Shown here piece after piece: positions 8,322 to 17,226 of a stretch of DNA of 64,000 nucleotides. Origin of the DNA: Candidatus Falkowbacteria bacterium CG10_big_fil_rev_8_21_14_0_10_37_14 (GTDB taxonomy: Bacteria; Patescibacteriota; Patescibacteriia; Patescibacteriales; Patescibacteriaceae); assembly GCA_002778705.1 (NCBI GenBank), contig PFAM01000004.1:20109-84108 (forward strand), read 5' to 3'. Position numbers and translations under genes: made by a program. Every line of letters begins with the position of its first letter. Within the stretch, counting starts at the first letter, position 1. The notes under the pieces are model-generated. The model ran no database searches. It was not told the DNA's origin and saw only the letters and a program-made list of their open reading frames with translations.

Positions 8322-8792
8322 ATGCAAAATACCAATCAGCCTAAGATTAAATACCTAATCTTTGGGCTTTTAGCTAGTTTAATCTTAATAACGGCCCTAC
8401 CTACTTTAGCTGCTAGCGGGACACCTAGCACCTGGCTAGAGAAAGCTGGGGGTATTGGTTTATTACAACTAGGTGACACTGCTTATGCCACGCAAGGGGA
8501 ACCTAAAGATATCAAAGATATTATGGCCAGTATTATCGCTGTGTTTTTAGGACTGCTAGCTACTATTTTTTTAGTATTAATCATTTTAGCTGGTGTAAAA
8601 TGGATGACCAGTCAAGGCGATAAAACTAAGATTGAAAATGCCAGAAAAACTATCGTAACAGCCTCAGCCGGACTATTGATTATTCTCGCTTCTTACGCTA
8701 TAACCATCTATATAACCAGGGGCTCTATTCATACCACCACTAATGCCAGTAGATATCAGCTAGATACTAACGGCCCTAAAAATACCGAATAA
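8322..8792 (+). CDS. TrbC/VirB2-like T4SS_pilin-type small membrane protein
   Basis: Signal peptide (ALPTLAASG), then IIAVFLGLLATIFLVLIILAGVKWMTSQGDKTKIENARKTIVTASAGLLIILASYAI. This matches the two-helix pattern of the T4SS pilin family common in CPR genomes. Confidence 0.6.
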   Translation: MQNTNQPKIKYLIFGLLASLILITALPTLAASGTPSTWLEKAGGIGLLQLGDTAYATQGEPKDIKDIMASIIAVFLGLLATIFLVLIILAGVKWMTSQGDKTKIENARKTIVTASAGLLIILASYAITIYITRGSIHTTTNASRYQLDTNGPKNTE

Positions 8793-8805
8793 TCAACTAA
8801 GTTTT

Positions 8806-9678
8806 ATGAAAAACGAAACCGTAAACTCGGGCTACCGACTAGGTCTTGATATCGGCGGCACTAAAATGTGTGCTGTTCTTTTAAACGGTGAACACTTAGT
8901 GGAGCACTATCGCCTTAGCACACCAAAGGAAGGCCCTAGACATTTTTGGATTATGGCCGTAGCAGTATTAAAGCCGTTACTAGAACGTGCTAAAAAAGAT
9001 GGCAAAAATATTATAGGCCTTGGTCTTGGTATCGCTGGAACAATTGATTTTCGTAAACAAAAAATTACCAATTCTCCCAATTTACCTTTCTTGAATGGCA
9101 TTAAACCTTTAGAAAAATTAACCGAAAACTTAAAACCTAGCTACCCCCTTTTTTTAGATAATGACGCTAATTGTTTTACCAGGGCCGAAGCTGTTTTAGG
9201 GGCTGGTAAAAAGTTTAATAATATTTACGGTATCACTATCGGCACCGGCATTGGTGGCGGACTAAGTTTGAATGGTGAAATATATCAAGGAGCGCATGGT
9301 GGTGCCGGAGAACCAGGAGCCATGCTAGTTGACCTTGAGAATAAGATTACTCTAGAAGATGCCTACCAAAAACTAACTCAAAATAACTCTAGAATCTTAG
9401 CTCAAGAAGCCTATGAGGGAGACCCATTGGCTGAACAAATTTTTCAAGAATTAGGCGAATACCTAGGCATGATATTTGCTAATATCGTTAACATTGTCGA
9501 TCCAGGAATCATTATTATTGGTGGCGGTACGGCTGCAGCATCTGATTTATTTTTATCTACCGCCAAACAGGTAATGACCGAATACATCGAAAATCCTGAG
9601 GCACGCGGAATTAAAATTGTTAAAAGTAAGTTAGGCGAACTAACAGGTGCTATTGGCGCAGCCTTAATGGTAAAATAA
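8806..9678 (+). CDS. ROK-family sugar kinase (glucokinase-like)
   Basis: LGLDIGGTKMCAVLL, DNDANCF and GTGIGGG motifs. Confidence 0.8.
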   Translation: MKNETVNSGYRLGLDIGGTKMCAVLLNGEHLVEHYRLSTPKEGPRHFWIMAVAVLKPLLERAKKDGKNIIGLGLGIAGTIDFRKQKITNSPNLPFLNGIKPLEKLTENLKPSYPLFLDNDANCFTRAEAVLGAGKKFNNIYGITIGTGIGGGLSLNGEIYQGAHGGAGEPGAMLVDLENKITLEDAYQKLTQNNSRILAQEAYEGDPLAEQIFQELGEYLGMIFANIVNIVDPGIIIIGGGTAAASDLFLSTAKQVMTEYIENPEARGIKIVKSKLGELTGAIGAALMVK

Positions 9679-9689
9679 TTTAAAAAATA

Positions 9690-9721
9690 AAACTCGTTTC
9701 TTAATTGAAACGAGTTTTTTG
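9690..9721 (+). terminator. Rho-independent terminator
   Basis: aaactcgtttc-ttaatt-gaaacgagttt followed by a T run. A-rich upstream, so possibly bidirectional. Confidence 0.7.
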
Positions 9722-9734
9722 ATTTTAGAAAATT

Positions 9735-10205
9735 TTAACGATAACGATAAATAACAAAAGCGGTAAAATTAATTAATTTATAATGTTTGCCACAAGCAAA
9801 AGAACGAATAACGGATTTTTTATTAATTTTAACGTTAAAGTTTTTTTCCCAAGCCTTTATTATATCTGTTAATTCTTGGGCACCTTGTGCCGCCAAAACA
9901 ACTGAGCGGGTAAGTGAAAAAATTTTTAATCTTTGTTGTCTGCTAGGCTGCTCCTTGATCTTGTAGTTAGTTTTAAAAATTTCATACTTAATCCTAACAA
10001 CTAAATAAAGCTGATTTTTATCGGAGCAATCTTTTTGTTCACAGATTAATTGTTTTATTGCGTGATTATTAGCCTCCGACCAATTCTGCACTTCATTAGT
10101 AAATTCTGTAGCAGCAGCTGCTAAAGCTTTTGAATTATTAACCTGAAGTAATTTTAAAAATTCTTTTGTTAAAACTTTTCCTTGAATCATGCTTAATACC
10201 CCCAT
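9735..10205 (-). CDS. Hypothetical protein
   Basis: 156-aa ORF with no family recognised. It lies next to a transposase remnant. Confidence 0.45.
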   Translation of the reverse strand: MGVLSMIQGKVLTKEFLKLLQVNNSKALAAAATEFTNEVQNWSEANNHAIKQLICEQKDCSDKNQLYLVVRIKYEIFKTNYKIKEQPSRQQRLKIFSLTRSVVLAAQGAQELTDIIKAWEKNFNVKINKKSVIRSFACGKHYKLINFTAFVIYRYR

Positions 10206-10262
10206 AACAATAATAAAAAGAACTTGACTTATGCACCTTACTGAAAAAGTGCTGAAAAGTCA

Positions 10263-10579
10263 AGGTCTTGTATCAGTCCACATCATTCTGGACAAGTAGT
10301 TCTTTTTAATTAAGTACTCCACAGGTGATTGAAGTTGTAAGCTCCGATGTCGTCTTTCGGTATTATACCACATTAACCAAGTTAGCATTTTTTCGTTAAA
10401 TACCTCCCCGTCTTTAAGCCAAATCTCATTTTGATCAACGAATTCATCTTGAATGGTTCTGTTAAATTTTTCAATGTGACTATTCTGAAAATATTTGGTT
10501 CTGATACGATAAAGCTTTTTATCTTTAACAATTCGTCTAATTGTGGTAACTGAGATCTTTTTAAACTTATTTAGGATTT
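10263..10579 (-). pseudogene. Transposase remnant (HTH fragment fused to the C-terminal end of an rve/DDE integrase domain)
   Basis: Start-less frame reads KILNKFKKISVTTIRRIVKDKKLYRIRTKYFQNSHIEKFNRTIQDEFVDQNEIWLKDGEVFNEKMLTWLMWYNTERRHRSLQLQSPVEYL...*. The FNRT...YNTERRH(R)SL pattern is the tail of IS481/IS3-type integrase cores. The catalytic core is missing. Confidence 0.7.
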
Positions 10580-10915
10580 TTATAATCCTTTTGCATTCTG
10601 CGCGGCATAATTAAACTCTAAAAAATATTTACGCCACTGATGGTCACTAGATTGATAAATGTTATCACCAAAACTATCAACTAAAACTTCTCTGGTACGT
10701 GCAATTTCTTTTAATCGCTGATTATTTTTTTTATCAGCCATGGTTAAATCAAATAATTCTAAAACACGCTCAAAAGCCATTTGAGAATATTCTTGATTAT
10801 TTTTAACCCTCCAATTAAGCGCCCTAATCACTTCACTACCGATATTAGCCAGTTGTTCCATTAAAGACAGCTTGAACCAGGCTCCAGCAGCCAATGTTTT
10901 ATGTTGACTAGTCAT
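10580..10915 (-). CDS. Hypothetical all-helical protein, partner of the DUF5674-like gene
   Basis: 111-aa ORF that overlaps the upstream gene by 8 nt. Acidic helix motifs (LMEQLANIGSEVIRAL, FERVLELFDLTMAD) are only vaguely like all-alpha NTP-pyrophosphohydrolases. Confidence 0.5.
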   Translation of the reverse strand: MTSQHKTLAAGAWFKLSLMEQLANIGSEVIRALNWRVKNNQEYSQMAFERVLELFDLTMADKKNNQRLKEIARTREVLVDSFGDNIYQSSDHQWRKYFLEFNYAAQNAKGL

Positions 10916-11252
10916 CTTTAACCAAATTATTAACTATTTTTTTTATTTTCGCTTGAATTTCTAAATCATCGACACTGCGACTACGATTATTGTGCGATGG
11001 GCGTAAATTAATCATTGAATCAAATTCAATAAAATCATCTCCAGAGAGCTCTGGATACAAATTAATCCCCCAGATATCAGCTTGTTTGGAGCCGTGTCCC
11101 AATAACTCCGCTTCTTCATCGGAATGCAATTCAGCGTCCACGGCCATAATTTCTTTATCAATATCAACCACCGCTTTGACTAAATTACCAAACATTTTAA
11201 CCGACATTTCTCTTAGCTCCAGGCGGGTTATTTTATCTTTAATTATTTTCAT
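10908..11252 (-). CDS. DUF5674-like protein
   Basis: KMFGNLVKAVVDIDKEIMAVDAELHSDEEAELLGHGSKQADIWGINLYPE...FIEFDSMINLRPSHNNRSR matches my recollection of DUF5674 proteins. Confidence 0.55.
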   Translation of the reverse strand: MKIIKDKITRLELREMSVKMFGNLVKAVVDIDKEIMAVDAELHSDEEAELLGHGSKQADIWGINLYPELSGDDFIEFDSMINLRPSHNNRSRSVDDLEIQAKIKKIVNNLVKDD

Positions 11253-11281
11253 AATGCCTAGATACTACCAATAATCTTGAT

Positions 11282-13036
11282 TTATGTCAAACTACGTTTG
11301 GCGATTTTATCTTGAAGCTCGGTTATAAAATCATCATAACTAATACTACGAGTATCTCGACTACCCCGATCTCTCACTTGTAAATCGCTACTAGCTAATT
11401 CCTTGTCACCAATGACCAGCATGTGTGATACTTTTTCATTAACCGCCTTGCGGATCTTGTTACCGACCGTTTCATTACTGGTGTCCACTTCCACTCTAAT
11501 ATCAGCCCGCTTGAAACGATTAGCTAATTCTTGGCAATAAGCAATGTGTGTTTCAGACACCGCCACTAGCTTCACTTGCACCGGAGTTAACCACAACGGG
11601 AAATTGCCACCAAAGTGTTCAATAATAATTCCCATAAAGCGCTCCAAAGAGCCAGAAATAGCACGATGAATAACCACTGGCCGTTCCTTCTCACCTTTGG
11701 CATTGACAAACGACAAATCAAAACGCTCCGGCAAATTAAAGTCGCACTGAATAGTCGCCAATTGCCATTCTCGTCCGATAGAATCCTTAAACATAAAGTC
11801 TAGCTTCGGGCCATAAAAAGCGGCTTCCCCTGGACCTAGGCGATACGGTAAGTCATTTTCTTTAGCACTTTTTTCTAAAGCATTTTCGGCCAAGGACCAA
11901 ACTTCATCAGAGCCTAAGTATTTACTGTGATCGTCACCACGAGTAGACAGCCGGACCCAATAATTTTCGAGCATCCCCATGGTGGTATAAAACTCACGAA
12001 TGACACCGACCACAATCGATACCTCGGTTTCAATCTGATCTACCCGACAAAATAAATGACCATCGTCTTGAGTAATGGCGCGCACACGAGTTAAGCCAGC
12101 TAACTGACCGGTTTTTTCATCGCGATAAATAGTTGCCGGTTCAAAATAACGAATAGGCAGATCGCGATAACTCCATTGGTTATCGGCAAAAATCTGCATG
12201 TGGTGCGGGCAATTCATTGGTTTTAAGAAAAAACTTTCTTCTTTGCCTTGCACCTTAAATAATTCATCACCGAACTTAGCGGCGTGGCCAGAAGTTTCAT
12301 AAAGGGCTGGCTTAGCCAAATGCGGAGTCCAAACCCGATCATATCCCTTATCTTTATGCAGTTCCCAAAGATAATCAGCAATCGCCTGACGAATAATCAT
12401 ACCTTTAGGCTGCATCATAGGCAAACCCGAACCGACCAATTCAGAAACAGTAAATAGTTTTAACTCCTTGCCAAGCTTACGATGATCGCGTTTTTCGGCT
12501 TCGACCATCATGTTTAAATAAGCGTCTAGATCGGTTTTATTATCAAAAGCGGCAACATAAATACGAGTGAGCATTTTATTTTTCTCGTTGCCTCGCCAAT
12601 AAGCACCAGCCAGCTTAGTTAAACAAAAACTGTCACCGGCAATTTCTGAAAGATTCTCCACATGAGGGCCTTTACATAAATCTTCAAAAACTCCGATTTT
12701 ATAATAACTAACTTCAGTTTCTCCGGCGGTTTGTAAATCACGAATCAATTCGGCTTTATAAATAGATCCGCCTACTTCTTCTTTAGCAAGAGCTTCAGCG
12801 ATTGGCAGAACCCAAGAGGTAACCGCTCCCCCGCGAGTCAAAATACCACGCATCTTTTTTTCAATCTTTGGTAAATCACTTTCTTTTAAAGTAAGGTTAT
12901 CAAAATCATAATAACAACCAGTATCGATGACAGGGCCGATAGCCAACTGAGCTTCTGGATATAATTCTAAGACAGCTGTCGCTAAAACATGTGCCAAACT
13001 GTGTCTTTTGTTGTGTAGTAAATCTTGTTTTTCCAT
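11282..13036 (-). CDS. thrS: Threonyl-tRNA synthetase (no TGS domain; starts in the editing/SAD region)
   Basis: RHSLAHVLA...AIGPVIDTGCYYDF, LAGAYWRGNEKNKMLTRIY, class II motifs (FRDE-like YRDEKTGQLAGLTRVR) and an anticodon-binding C-terminus. ATG 13036 is preferred because the leader RNA occupies 13037 upward. Confidence 0.95.
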   Translation of the reverse strand: MEKQDLLHNKRHSLAHVLATAVLELYPEAQLAIGPVIDTGCYYDFDNLTLKESDLPKIEKKMRGILTRGGAVTSWVLPIAEALAKEEVGGSIYKAELIRDLQTAGETEVSYYKIGVFEDLCKGPHVENLSEIAGDSFCLTKLAGAYWRGNEKNKMLTRIYVAAFDNKTDLDAYLNMMVEAEKRDHRKLGKELKLFTVSELVGSGLPMMQPKGMIIRQAIADYLWELHKDKGYDRVWTPHLAKPALYETSGHAAKFGDELFKVQGKEESFFLKPMNCPHHMQIFADNQWSYRDLPIRYFEPATIYRDEKTGQLAGLTRVRAITQDDGHLFCRVDQIETEVSIVVGVIREFYTTMGMLENYWVRLSTRGDDHSKYLGSDEVWSLAENALEKSAKENDLPYRLGPGEAAFYGPKLDFMFKDSIGREWQLATIQCDFNLPERFDLSFVNAKGEKERPVVIHRAISGSLERFMGIIIEHFGGNFPLWLTPVQVKLVAVSETHIAYCQELANRFKRADIRVEVDTSNETVGNKIRKAVNEKVSHMLVIGDKELASSDLQVRDRGSRDTRSISYDDFITELQDKIAKRSLT

Positions 13037-13052
13037 ATATTTTAAATTAAAT

Positions 13053-13242
13053 AAAAAAACTCGTCTCAAGAAAGCGTAAAAACACTTTACTGGGACGAGT
13101 TTTCTCGCGGTTCCACCCAGCTTCCCCAAAATTAAAACTCAGGGCGCTCTTTGGACAGCTTAGTCTTATAAGATAAGAATCACTGATGTTTAAATCAGTT
13201 GAACGCGGTTGGTGGGCGCGTCAATCACTGTTAATAAGTTGT
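13053..13242 (-). promoter_or_regulatory. T-box-like riboswitch leader of thrS with terminator/antiterminator
   Basis: Minus strand reads GGGGAAGCUGGGUGGAACCGCGAGAAAACUCGUCCC. The core at 13106-13118 matches the T-box consensus GGGUGGNACCGCG. A terminator follows: ACUCGUC...GAGACGAGUUUUUUU (13053-13100). The Thr codon ACC followed by A sits in a hairpin loop, UUGACGCG-CCCACCAAC-CGCGUUCAA (about 13203-13223). Confidence 0.6.
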
Positions 13243-13248
13243 GTACAA

Positions 13249-13277
13249 ATGATAATAAAACCAGCAGGAATTGTCAA
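13249..13277 (-). promoter_or_regulatory. Candidate thrS promoter TTGACA-N17-TATCAT
   Basis: Minus strand reads TTGACAATTCCTGCTGGTTTTATTATCAT. Confidence 0.55.
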
Positions 13278-13283
13278 TATCGG

Positions 13284-15428
13284 TTAAAAAGTTCCGACCG
13301 GGATAGCGTTTAGGTTTTTATTGGTAATCCCTAGTCCGAGCTCTCGCATAACCGCTAAGGCGGTGGCTGGCCGACCTAAGAAATAACGTTTGTTATTTAC
13401 AGGGAAAACATACCAAGCCTCGCCATGACCATCTACTTGTAATAAAATCCTGCCGGCTTGCGCAATAGAAAATTTAGTGTTTAATCCCCAAGAACCATTG
13501 CCGATTGGGCTATATCCTCCACTTACTTCAGAATAATCATCATAACCATCAGTGTCAGAATCGGCTAAATTAGGATTAGTATCCAAGGCCTTTTCTAAAG
13601 CGTCTGGCAAACCATCGTTGTCACTATCAGCAGAAATATCGCCAGCTAAGCCGACAGCGACGGCAATTTTATTTAAATCACTACGACGAGCGCCAATAGA
13701 TAAACGACGCATAGCTATTAAAGCTTGGTCTGGGGTGCCTAAATAATAACGCTTATTATCAGCCGGATTAACATACCAAGCCTCACCATGTGCCTCTACT
13801 TGTAACAAGATACGACCTCGCAAACCAGCTGGAGGATCTATTTGGTAAGGAGCGAGCGCTGTAGCCTGTTGAATATACTCTAGTTGTGTTTTTTCACCAG
13901 GCACTGGATCAATCTCCATAGATAATTCTTGTTTTTTGTTACCAGTCATGACGGCGTAATACGACACTTTTTCATTTTGTGAATCTACCGGTGATAAATA
14001 CAATGTTAATAAACCACTGGTCGGTATTTTGAGACTAGCCATCAAACGACTACGATCAATAACCGAGTTACCATCAACATTAACTTGCTTAGCATATAAT
14101 TTAACTGTCTCACCTACTGCTAATTTTTTATCTGGACGACGGATTATTAACTCCACTGAAGATAGATTTTTAGATACAAAATTTATAGCCGTGCAAGGAA
14201 AGGTTATATCATAAAACCAATGACAAGCATATTTAACTTTACTATCACAAACTTCTAGAGCATATTTTTTAGCCGGAGAAGGACTAAAAGAGTTTTTGGC
14301 ATAACCATAAGCGTCAACTGTTCCATTTAAAATTTTAGCGTCGGCCATAGGCAGGCCCTCATAGCTTAACTTCTGCTCATACAAAGTATAACTAAAACCA
14401 CCAACTATCTTAGACTCCGCATCATTAAAATTAAAACGCACCTCGGTTTTTAAACTACATTTAGTCTGGCTATACCTGTCTAATATAAAATTAAAAGTTG
14501 AACGCTTTTCTTTTTCTATAACTAAGTTTTTATAATTTTCTGTGCGACCGTCGGGATATTTAACTTGCGCTAAATAATTACCAGCTGAATATTGCCAATA
14601 AGCCTTACCGTCATCATTAGTAATAATAGAACCCAAAGATTTACCGTTAGTTAGACCACTGAGAGAGTCTATTTTTTGTTCGTATAAATCTAGTTTAACT
14701 TTAGGTAATGGCAAACTTGTGTCAGCGTCACGAATTGTAAAAATGGCGTCGCTTAATTTATAATTAATTTCTTTCCATTGACCATCAGTGGTTTGTAAAG
14801 AATAGTTCCAAAAAGAAACACCCTTGCTATTTTTAGCTTCCATTAATAGAAAAGGTGGTGAATCCGAAGCAGTATGGTTAGCCGATGGACTATAAATTAT
14901 AGCCACTCCAGAGTTGCCAGTACTGGCACTGCCTAAAACAGTTCCACCTATAGCCTCCCCATAACCATTACTCACCTGAGAATAAAAAGTAATTTTAGCG
15001 TTATTAATCGTTTGCAAATTAACATTATCCATAACCCTAATTCTAAATCCGCTTAAAACAATAGTTTCAGAATAAGTATCACCGCAAGTTAAAAACATTT
15101 GATTATAAAACCAAAAATCACTTTGTTTTAAGGATGGGTTGGTAATATTTAAAAGATAGGCTTTTTTAGTTTCATCAACTTTTATTTTTATAGTTGCTTT
15201 ACCTAAACTTTTATCGGTAGTCGCTGAACCAACCAAAGCACCTGGCTTTGGTTGACCATTAGCATCAAAAAGTTGTTCATAGACCTGAACCTTAATACCA
15301 GACAATAAATTACCAGTTGGATCTTTAACAACTATTTCGGCCACCGAAGAAGTGCAAGTGGCCGCTGATGCGCCATGTACTGTGAATAAAATTAGAGCGC
15401 AAATGCAAGCATAAAAAAATTTTGACAT
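13284..15428 (-). CDS. Large secreted repeat protein (Ig/CarboxypepD_reg-like repeats, Asp-rich Ca-binding-type linker, duplicated C-terminal module)
   Basis: Signal peptide MSKFFYACICALILFTVHGASAA. Repeated beta-rich segments. DSDNDGLPDALEKALDTNPNLADSDTDGYDDYSE resembles thrombospondin type-3 repeats. Two copies of GRILLQV(E/D)xHGEAWYVxPxxNKRY(Y/F)LGxP...A(I/V)MR are present. Confidence 0.7.
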   Translation of the reverse strand: MSKFFYACICALILFTVHGASAATCTSSVAEIVVKDPTGNLLSGIKVQVYEQLFDANGQPKPGALVGSATTDKSLGKATIKIKVDETKKAYLLNITNPSLKQSDFWFYNQMFLTCGDTYSETIVLSGFRIRVMDNVNLQTINNAKITFYSQVSNGYGEAIGGTVLGSASTGNSGVAIIYSPSANHTASDSPPFLLMEAKNSKGVSFWNYSLQTTDGQWKEINYKLSDAIFTIRDADTSLPLPKVKLDLYEQKIDSLSGLTNGKSLGSIITNDDGKAYWQYSAGNYLAQVKYPDGRTENYKNLVIEKEKRSTFNFILDRYSQTKCSLKTEVRFNFNDAESKIVGGFSYTLYEQKLSYEGLPMADAKILNGTVDAYGYAKNSFSPSPAKKYALEVCDSKVKYACHWFYDITFPCTAINFVSKNLSSVELIIRRPDKKLAVGETVKLYAKQVNVDGNSVIDRSRLMASLKIPTSGLLTLYLSPVDSQNEKVSYYAVMTGNKKQELSMEIDPVPGEKTQLEYIQQATALAPYQIDPPAGLRGRILLQVEAHGEAWYVNPADNKRYYLGTPDQALIAMRRLSIGARRSDLNKIAVAVGLAGDISADSDNDGLPDALEKALDTNPNLADSDTDGYDDYSEVSGGYSPIGNGSWGLNTKFSIAQAGRILLQVDGHGEAWYVFPVNNKRYFLGRPATALAVMRELGLGITNKNLNAIPVGTF

Positions 15429-15550
15429 AGTGTTATTCAATTTTACCCCCGCGAAGATTTATCTCAGCGAAAGTCGAGACTAGCGTTTAGAGTCTCCCAA
15501 AGAAGTAAGACCACATAATATATTATAGCTCAAATTAAATAATTCGGCAA

Positions 15551-15599
15551 ACAAAAAAGCCGCTCCTTACCAAACTAACTAGCAGAAGGAAACGGCTTC
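15551..15599 (-). terminator. Rho-independent terminator after the pilin gene array
   Basis: Minus strand reads AAGCCGUUUCCUU...AAGGAGCGGCUUUUUUGU. Confidence 0.65.
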
Positions 15600-15611
15600 T
15601 TTTAAAGAGGT

Positions 15612-16076
15612 TTATCTAGTAACAGAAATCACTTCACCTAATTCGGCGTCAGGAGCATTGACAGTAATGCGTCCATTGGCAGACTTCTTAATCATATAGC
15701 CAACACCATTGGTAGCGCACGCAGTAGGACAAGAAGGGTCTAGTGGTACAGAGGTGAAATAAGTTTCATTAGTAGTTAAAGCGGTTAACTCGGCTAATGA
15801 ACCTGTAGAACAGGTAGTAGTAGCAACGCCGGTTACACAAACCTCAAGCGCAGTATTTGTAATAGAAGTTGGTAAAGTGCCATTGTTGTCAATCGCATAT
15901 TGATGAACAGCGTTTAAAATAGTGTTAACATTGCTCCAACGTTGAGTATTTCTAGCTTGTGCCAATTGTTTGGCTGGGTTAATGGCAATAATTACGATGG
16001 AAGCTAAAATGGCAATAATGCCGATAACCAGCAAAACTTCCACCAAAGTAAAGCCGATATTTTGTTTGTGGCTCAT
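15612..16076 (-). CDS. Type IV (major) pilin-like protein, tandem paralogue 1
   Basis: [50 protein letters not shown]: a G/FTLVE prepilin cleavage motif plus a hydrophobic helix. The C-terminal half carries paired cysteines. Confidence 0.85.
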   Translation of the reverse strand: MSHKQNIGFTLVEVLLVIGIIAILASIVIIAINPAKQLAQARNTQRWSNVNTILNAVHQYAIDNNGTLPTSITNTALEVCVTGVATTTCSTGSLAELTALTTNETYFTSVPLDPSCPTACATNGVGYMIKKSANGRITVNAPDAELGEVISVTR

Positions 16077-16150
16077 AATTTAATCTTAGTTGGTTATAAT
16101 TTTTATTAAGTATAGTCTCCAACCTCTTTAAACCATACTCTATTTTTTTA

Positions 16151-16179
16151 ATTTTACAATATTTTTTAAAAACTAGCAA
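16151..16179 (-). promoter_or_regulatory. Candidate promoter TTGCTA-N17-TAAAAT for pilin paralogue 1
   Basis: Minus strand reads TTGCTAGTTTTTAAAAAATATTGTAAAAT. Confidence 0.4.
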
Positions 16180-16193
16180 AGTTGTTAAAAGTA

Positions 16194-16658
16194 TTAACGA
16201 GTAACACTAATCGTCTCTCCTAATTCAGCACCTGGTGCAGCTACAACAATGCGACCATTGGCAGATTTCTTAACGGTATAACCAAGACCACTGGCATTAC
16301 AACCAGTTGGACAAGTTGGATCACCAGGGATGGCTGTAAAATAAATTTCATTATCTGTTAAAACTCTTAAGTCGGCTAAAGAAGCACCAGAACAAGTGCT
16401 GGTAATAGCACCGTTAGCACAAATCTCTTTGGTGGTGGTCGCAACGCCGACTGGCATAGCACCTTTATTATCAATAGCGTATTGGTGAATGGCATTCAAA
16501 ATAGTATTCACATTACTCCAGCGTTGAGTATTTCTGGCTTGTGCTAACTGTTTAGCGGGGTTAATGGCGATAATTACAATAGAGGCTAAGATAGCGATGA
16601 TAGCTATAACCAATAAAACCTCGACTAAAGTAAAACCTGTGTGTTGTTTTTTGTTCAT
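16194..16658 (-). CDS. Type IV (major) pilin-like protein, tandem paralogue 2
   Basis: [50 protein letters not shown]. The first ~60 residues are near-identical to its neighbours. Confidence 0.85.
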   Translation of the reverse strand: MNKKQHTGFTLVEVLLVIAIIAILASIVIIAINPAKQLAQARNTQRWSNVNTILNAIHQYAIDNKGAMPVGVATTTKEICANGAITSTCSGASLADLRVLTDNEIYFTAIPGDPTCPTGCNASGLGYTVKKSANGRIVVAAPGAELGETISVTR

Positions 16659-16676
16659 ATTGAAGATTATTTATTA

Positions 16677-17168
16677 CTAACGGGTAACGCTAATTGCTTC
16701 TCCTAATTCAGCATCAGGAGCCGAGACAACAATACGACCGTTATTTGTTTTTTTAACAGTATAACCAACTCCATTGGTATTGCAGACAGCCGGGCAACTA
16801 GGATCAATAGGAATCGCAGTAAAATATGTTTCATTATCAGTTAAAACACGGATATCAGCTAAAACCGAGGATGCACAAGTAGTAGTAGCTACACCATTGT
16901 TACAAATTTCTTGGTTGACCAGAGTCACACCACTCGGCAAAGTGCCCTTATTATCAATGGCATATTGATGGATAGCATTAAGAATCGTATTAACATTACT
17001 CCAACGCTGAGTATTTCTAGATTGGGCTAATTGTTTTGCTGGATTAATAGCAATAATTACCACTGAGGCTAAGATGGCTATGATACCTATCACCAAAAGA
17101 ACCTCGACTAAAGTAAAGCCTTGCTTTATCAAAAAGACTTGAGACGAGTCTTTGATTTTTTTGTTCAT
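16677..17168 (-). CDS. Type IV (major) pilin-like protein, tandem paralogue 3
   Basis: ...[47 protein letters not shown]. The leader is longer than in the other two paralogues. Confidence 0.85.
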   Translation of the reverse strand: MNKKIKDSSQVFLIKQGFTLVEVLLVIGIIAILASVVIIAINPAKQLAQSRNTQRWSNVNTILNAIHQYAIDNKGTLPSGVTLVNQEICNNGVATTTCASSVLADIRVLTDNETYFTAIPIDPSCPAVCNTNGVGYTVKKTNNGRIVVSAPDAELGEAISVTR

Positions 17169-17226
17169 AATGTTAATTAATGATTATTTTGATTACCAAG
17201 AACAAGGTAAAATATTTAATAAGTTT

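Noticed and set aside
15979-16179. 66-aa minus-strand ORF overlapping the start of pilin paralogue 1 and its promoter
   Set aside because: It is out of frame with the clearly real pilin gene, and it spans the predicted -10/-35 region.
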